Position numbers and translations under genes: made by a program. From positions 2,976,001 to 3,040,000 of the forward strand of contig CM102287.1 in the NCBI GenBank assembly GCA_046563655.1: a DNA stretch of 64,000 nt, in the 5' to 3' direction. The stretch is from Yuukianura sp. NJ FZ-2021 (Eukaryota). The notes under the pieces are model-generated. The model had not been told where the DNA came from. It ran no database searches and saw only the letters and a program-made list of their open reading frames with translations. Below are positions 58,701 to 64,000 of this stretch, in pieces. Positions within the stretch are counted from its first letter, which is position 1, and each line of letters opens with the position of its first letter.

Positions 58701-61180
58701 TTCGATTGTTTTTTGTGGTTTGTTGGGTTAGTGTGACTAGTTGTAGTGGGTTGAAAAGTGATAGATTTATTATCAAGGTTTTCATGAATAACTTTTGCGA
58801 AATACTAACGAAAAACGTAAAATTGAAAGTCAATTTTTTCATTTTCGAAAAAAAATGGAAGTTATCTACTAAAATCTTGTTGAAAACCAACGTCAATTAT
58901 GCAACAAGGGACTTTTTGTTAAGTAAATCTGTGACAAATTCACGCACAAATTTTCTCTGAAAATTCAAAATCAGGAAGAATTTTCGAACATGGAACTGTT
59001 TTTTGAAAATACCGCGAATTCGCAATTTGAACACGAAAAACTTTGGGTGGCGTTTTAGATCGATTACGAGTTTTCGAAATGTTGATTTTGGAAAAGGGAC
59101 ATTTTTTATGAAATTCAAGACAAAAGTATTGAAAGCGATTCGTAACTTGTTGGCGAAATCTAGAGTTTATGACAGGTGAAAGGCTAGGTCAAGGAAGAAA
59201 AAGGTCAGGAATTTTTGAAAAGTTCTTCTTTTTTCAAATTTTATGTCTTTTTGCACGGTTTTTTTTGAAGTGTCAGAAATGTCATTGTTCGGAAGGTTTA
59301 GGAATTTTGGCCAAGCTATTTTCGTTGCTTCCCTGTGGAGTTTTTGTGCTTTAGCAGGTTCACCGGTCCTTATTTTTTTTTTCAATGTTCAAACTGATTC
59401 TCTTTTTTTAAAATTGATGTTGAAGGGCTCTGAGCACTTCTAAGGGTCCGCTCAAGGGCTCTCTCTTCATTCGTAACTTTTTTTTGAATTTTGAAAAGAA
59501 TGGTTTTGTGGCCTGAAGCGGTTGTTTTTCTGGATGTGCCAGACAGTCTGTTGCCAAGTCCGACAATTTCTCTTGTCCTACCTAACTGGAAGTTAGGACT
59601 TTTTTTTAATAAGTTTTTACCTTCAAGTCAAGTGTGAAGTGGAAAAATTCTTTAGTTTTTGATTGGTTCTTCTCACCTGAGGAGCCACTGTCAGAAGGAC
59701 ACGGAAAATGTTAGGGTAGAGAAGCTGTTAGGAGCTTAAAATCCTTGGTTCCTTCGATTTTGAAAATTTTAGACCCGAATTTTGATTTTGAGTGAATTTT
59801 TAAGAACGTTTTTGATTAAAAACACAACTTTTTTGAAATTTTGAAACCAAAGTTGCGACTCAGTTGTGATTCACTGTTTGTAGACTTGAGTAATTGAAAA
59901 GTAATTTGCAAATCAGTTTTTTTTCTTCAAAAACGAGTTTTTTGGAAATAGTTGACTTCAGTTCTGCAGAAGTTGTGTGACAGGGTTCTAAACTCCGAAG
60001 ATCAAAAGTCAAAGTAGATTTTAAAGTGGCCACTTTAAAAACCTTGTGTGTATTCAGGAATTATCATTGTGTTTCAAAAAATTCAAAAAGTGGTCGAACT
60101 GAAAAGTGGGGATTAACTGGTTACAAAAATTATTTGTAAATTGGAATGAAATTTCCAAGTGGAAGTTTGAAATCCTGACAACTTCAAATTTCGAACGGTG
60201 AAAGTGACGAAGACTCTTCAAAAAAAGCTAAATTTGGAATTGTGTAATACTTGAAATCAAAACGTGTCCAAAAAAAAAAGTGACGTGCGGAATCATTTTA
60301 GGAGTAACTTTTGTATGATTTCGAGATAAAAATTTTTTGAAGTGTGAATTCCTGGAAATCTGATACTGTGTTATTAGTTCAAAAGTTAGCATATAAAACG
60401 TGCAGTTTTTTGGAAAGTGCCAGTTCCTGAAGTTGGAAATTTTGTGAATTTGATGCAAATTGGAGCAGTAGTGTACCTGTTGTGATTAAGTTTTTGAAGT
60501 GGATGACTTTGTCATTTTGTGAAAATTTGTTGTGATCAGGTTGATCGCTGGATACTTGGGAGTATCGCTGGAGTTTTTAGCAGCGGGTGGTTGTTCCCTA
60601 ACTGCGGTTTTTGCAAATTGCGATGAAACAGACTGAGTCAACAGAGGAATAATTGAAAGTGGATCGATTTGAAAGTGGATGAAGATGGATGGAGTTTTGG
60701 CATAAGTGGGGAGGCATTAAGTTATAGTTACTCCCTCCACCACCGAAAACCCCCCGCCTGGAACAGAACGGAATTTGTGCACAGTTTGTGAATTGTGATC
60801 CACTAATAAGTGGGTCTTTCAGAACCTAATTTCTGACGAATCAAGTTCAATTGTTGGAAATTTTTGGCAAAAGTGGGGATTTTTTGGACAACTGAACTGA
60901 TTTTCTCCAGAATTTGTGGCAAAAGTGGAGATTTTTCAGAGCGTGAAGTGATTTTTTGGAGAATTTTTGTTTGGTGAAAGTGATTTTTTGACGAAGTTTT
61001 CTGGAAGTGTGACTTTTTGAAGAATTTTTTGGCTGAAGGAGAAAAAGTGTTAATGAATTTGTGAAACTTTTTTTCTTTCTTGGCCGAAGGAAGTAACTTT
61101 TTCGGTTTTTATTGAAAATTTTGGACAAAGTTTGGAAACAAAAAAGTTTTTGTGTGTGTGTTTTTTTTGGAAAAGTGAAG

Positions 61181-61783
61181 ATGAGTCAGTGGACGACACC
61201 GTATGGTTTGGTCGTTGGGGGCAATGGTGGGACGCAGTTTCGGCGGTGGGGCCAGAGTCCCACCACACATAATCTTATGAATGGTGGTTATCAGAGCCAC
61301 CAAGGTGGGGCGAGTGAAGCGGGAAGTTCAAATCTGAGAAGACTTTTGTGTTCGGACACTGTAGAAGATGGAGGGGGTTTGGGAGATAGTGGCTTTGAAG
61401 ACTTTGGAGCAGAAGGTGCGGAGCAGGGAAGTAATGAAGGTTCATTTGGTGGGTCAATCGGTGGGTCAAATGATGTGCAACAACAAAGTGGCTGGACACA
61501 CTCACACCAGCCTCCATCATCATTAGTCCGGAATCCATTACCCATGACACCCACCACTTCTGCCCAGAATCATATGAGTTTTGGAGGTGGGGCTTTGAAT
61601 GGTGGGTTCGGTGGGGCACGACCGGTAATGGGACGACATCATAGTTACGACGGTACACCCCTAACAGTTGCTGCGCTGGAAGAACGGATTCGAATTGCTA
61701 AGTTTGGAAGGCAAGCGATTCGGACCGAACCGATTTCGGAACCAACCACTCCCACTTTTAAAAACGAATTTAATTTAAACAAG
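61181..61783 (+). CDS. Isolated Gly/Ser-rich coding exon; candidate alternative first exon of da (or first exon of another gene)
   Basis: ATG at 61181 opens 201 codons (MSQWTTPYG...NLRRLL...RHHSYDG...EPISEPTTPTFKNEFNLNK), part of the longest ORF in the window, ending at a phase-0 AAG|GTACAA donor. Confidence 0.6.
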
Positions 61784-64000
61784 GTACAAAATTATCAAAA
61801 TTTGGGTCAGTGAATTCTCAATTTAAAATTTTGAGTTTTTCGAACAAAATATGAAAAGTGAAAAATAGTGAAGTTACCTTGAAGTTAAAATTTGAAAGTT
61901 TGAAATTTGATATTATGAATCCGAAATGATGGATTTGTAATTTAAGAAGAAATTTGACTTTTTCTGTTCTTTTCTCTGTTTTTTGAAGAGAGGGTTGGAT
62001 TGGATGTTAGTTGTAATGGAAACGACATTAGGTTTTGAGGCGGGAGGAGTCGTTAGTCGTAACTTTTTGAAAAGTATAAAAAAGTAAGGTGGAGAAAGTG
62101 GCTAAATTGTTCTTTGATGTTGAGAAAGTAGTAAATAATGATGGAGACAAAGTGAATGTAAGAAGGTGGATGACAGGGAGGAAATGTATGGCTTTCCGGT
62201 GACACGACCAACTTAACTTTCTCCTAATCTCTCTTCTCTTGTTTGCTAATCCCCAACAGGAATTTCAAATTTACAGAACGTACATTTTGAATTTTGAGTT
62301 TTCCTAGTCTTCTTCCGTGCTTTAATGAATTTCTAACTGTTTTTTGTTTCTTCCTGATTCGCATTTCTGGAAGGTAATTTTTAAAAAGCGGGATTCAATT
62401 TGTCATTTTGAAAAAAAGTAAAATTTTCGTGACAGCATCTGCTAAACTTTGAAATTTGACAGGAATTTGTAGCTTTTTTTTAGTAGAAAATCAAAATGGG
62501 CAGGAATTAGAGTTAAAGTTTTCAGGTGCATTTTGAAAAGCAGTTTTTAACTAACTTTTGCTTCCGGTTAATGATTGCTTGTGTGAATTGGGTCGCAGGT
62601 CAAACACCCAAGGGCTTTTTTGGACACTTTTGAAAAAAAAAAAGTTTCGAAATTTTTTGTTTGAGTAGGAATGATTGAAATTGAAATATTATTCCGCCTC
62701 CATTGAGGAACCCAAAATGGGATTGTCAGAAGAGGGCAATTCCGTTTCATGTTTGACAGTATTTTGTGTATTTTTGTGAAGAATCGGAAGTGAGACACAA
62801 AATCCGGTGGATGGGCAGGGCGGAAGAGTCAAATAGGCTCAGCCTTACACGAATCATTCATGAATATTTCATTTTTGGAAAATGAAGCCAACGAATACCT
62901 TAGAACAGGAACTTTTTCCAAAAAAGAGTTACAAAGTTCCGGATCCTAAATGGCAAAATTATGCTTTCACTACATTTTGGTCTCGTATGATTGAGTTATA
63001 TTACAAACTTCATTTTAATCTAATTTACATCCCGCACTTTCTCTTTTCCCGCTCCACATAAACTAAACGTAAACTTCAAAATCCGAAATTCCGAAAAACA
63101 TAAGCCTTACTTCAAACTCCGAAAATCTGAAGCTGAATAAGTTCAAAATTTGATTAGGCAAAGTCCAACATCCCACACTTTGCAAAAATCAAAATTTTTG
63201 CTTAAACTTAAGTTTCGAGATTTAAAAGTTAGTCTGCTTTCACTTTTTCTTGTTTTTGTACAATTTGATGTACAAAAACTTGTGTTTTGTTTGAAAAATG
63301 TTTGGGGGGACGTAAGTTATTAAGTTTTGAGAAAGTTGTTGAGTAATTGTTGTGACTGAATTAAGTGTAAGCTGAGAAGATGTGTTATGAGGGAACAGAA
63401 TATGGTGAGTAAAGGAAGAGAAAGTTAGGTTTTATCCTAGTTGCGGAAGTTAGGATGTTCCATAGAGTTGGTAGCCATGTTAGGCTATGCTAGAGAACTT
63501 TAGTTTTTAGGAGATGGAGAATGTTTCCTGGTAGCATATGTTTGGAATGGCCAAAACCAAGAGTCCAATTGCCGAGGTTTGGAAGGACTTTCTCCCTCTC
63601 TTGAAACTCAACTAACTACCACTACTCTCTCCTGTGTCTTCTTCATTTCATCTTCTCCAAAAACTTTTCCTCTACAGTCTTCTGTGCAAGGATGAAATTT
63701 TTGGGTTTTTTCGGGAGGATATGATGACAATATGGGGAATAAAGGGAGGTCGGTGGGACGTGGGTTAAAATATGGAAGGGGTCACATTTCTTTTTCCTAA
63801 GGAAGAATTCGGGTGGCGCAGGAAAAAAAGAAGGGGTTAGGATATGTTCTAAGACCCACCGGATGTCACAGTGGTTCTGGAGGGCTAGCTACGATGTCAG
63901 CAGTCTTCTGCTTTTTAGATTTTGAAAGTTTTTGAAAAAGTGCTAGAGGGTGATTTCAAATTTTGTTTAAAAAGGAGAGATTTGTTTGGGAAAAAATGGA

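Noticed and set aside
25374..60458. Dozens of 60-130 aa ORFs rich in F, K, L, S and N in the ORF track
   Set aside because: The composition mirrors low-complexity A/T-run DNA, many begin at non-ATG codons, and none shows a recognisable domain or convincing splice context.
25332..64000. Searched for the da bHLH exon, autonomous transposon ORFs, rRNA or horizontally acquired prokaryotic genes
   Set aside because: None was recognisable by eye. Small exons or degraded elements could have been missed.

Overview
This is eukaryotic, intron-rich, AT-rich genomic DNA, most likely from an arthropod: it encodes the Daughterless N-terminus [27 protein letters not shown], and there are no prokaryotic operon, CRISPR or rRNA features. 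The first ~22 kb is gene-dense. In order it holds the 3' end of a Ras-association-domain gene (+), phosphoserine aminotransferase (+), a secreted double-ShKT-like protein (+), two related Cys-rich secreted, probably GPI-anchored proteins (+), two tandem trypsin paralogues (-), an HMG20A/B-like gene (-) and WDR37 (-). WDR37 is head-to-head with daughterless/E-protein (+). After three 5' coding exons, da appears to enter a very large, strongly G-over-C skewed region that fills the rest of the window; no bHLH exon was seen. The most notable observations are: (i) both trypsins place the catalytic His on a 14-17-nt microexon; (ii) a 4 x 25-bp tandem array of IR-1 (EcRE-type AGGTCAaTGACCT) palindromes lies in the intron just before that microexon in one paralogue; (iii) two phase-0, ATG-initiated candidate alternative first exons lie deep in the da locus; (iv) there is an E-box cluster inside the da locus; (v) there is a TA-flanked MITE and several recurrent motif families. 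All gene models were spliced by eye from GT-AG signals and reading frame, and no database search was run. I found no unambiguous wholly new system; the findings are hypotheses.
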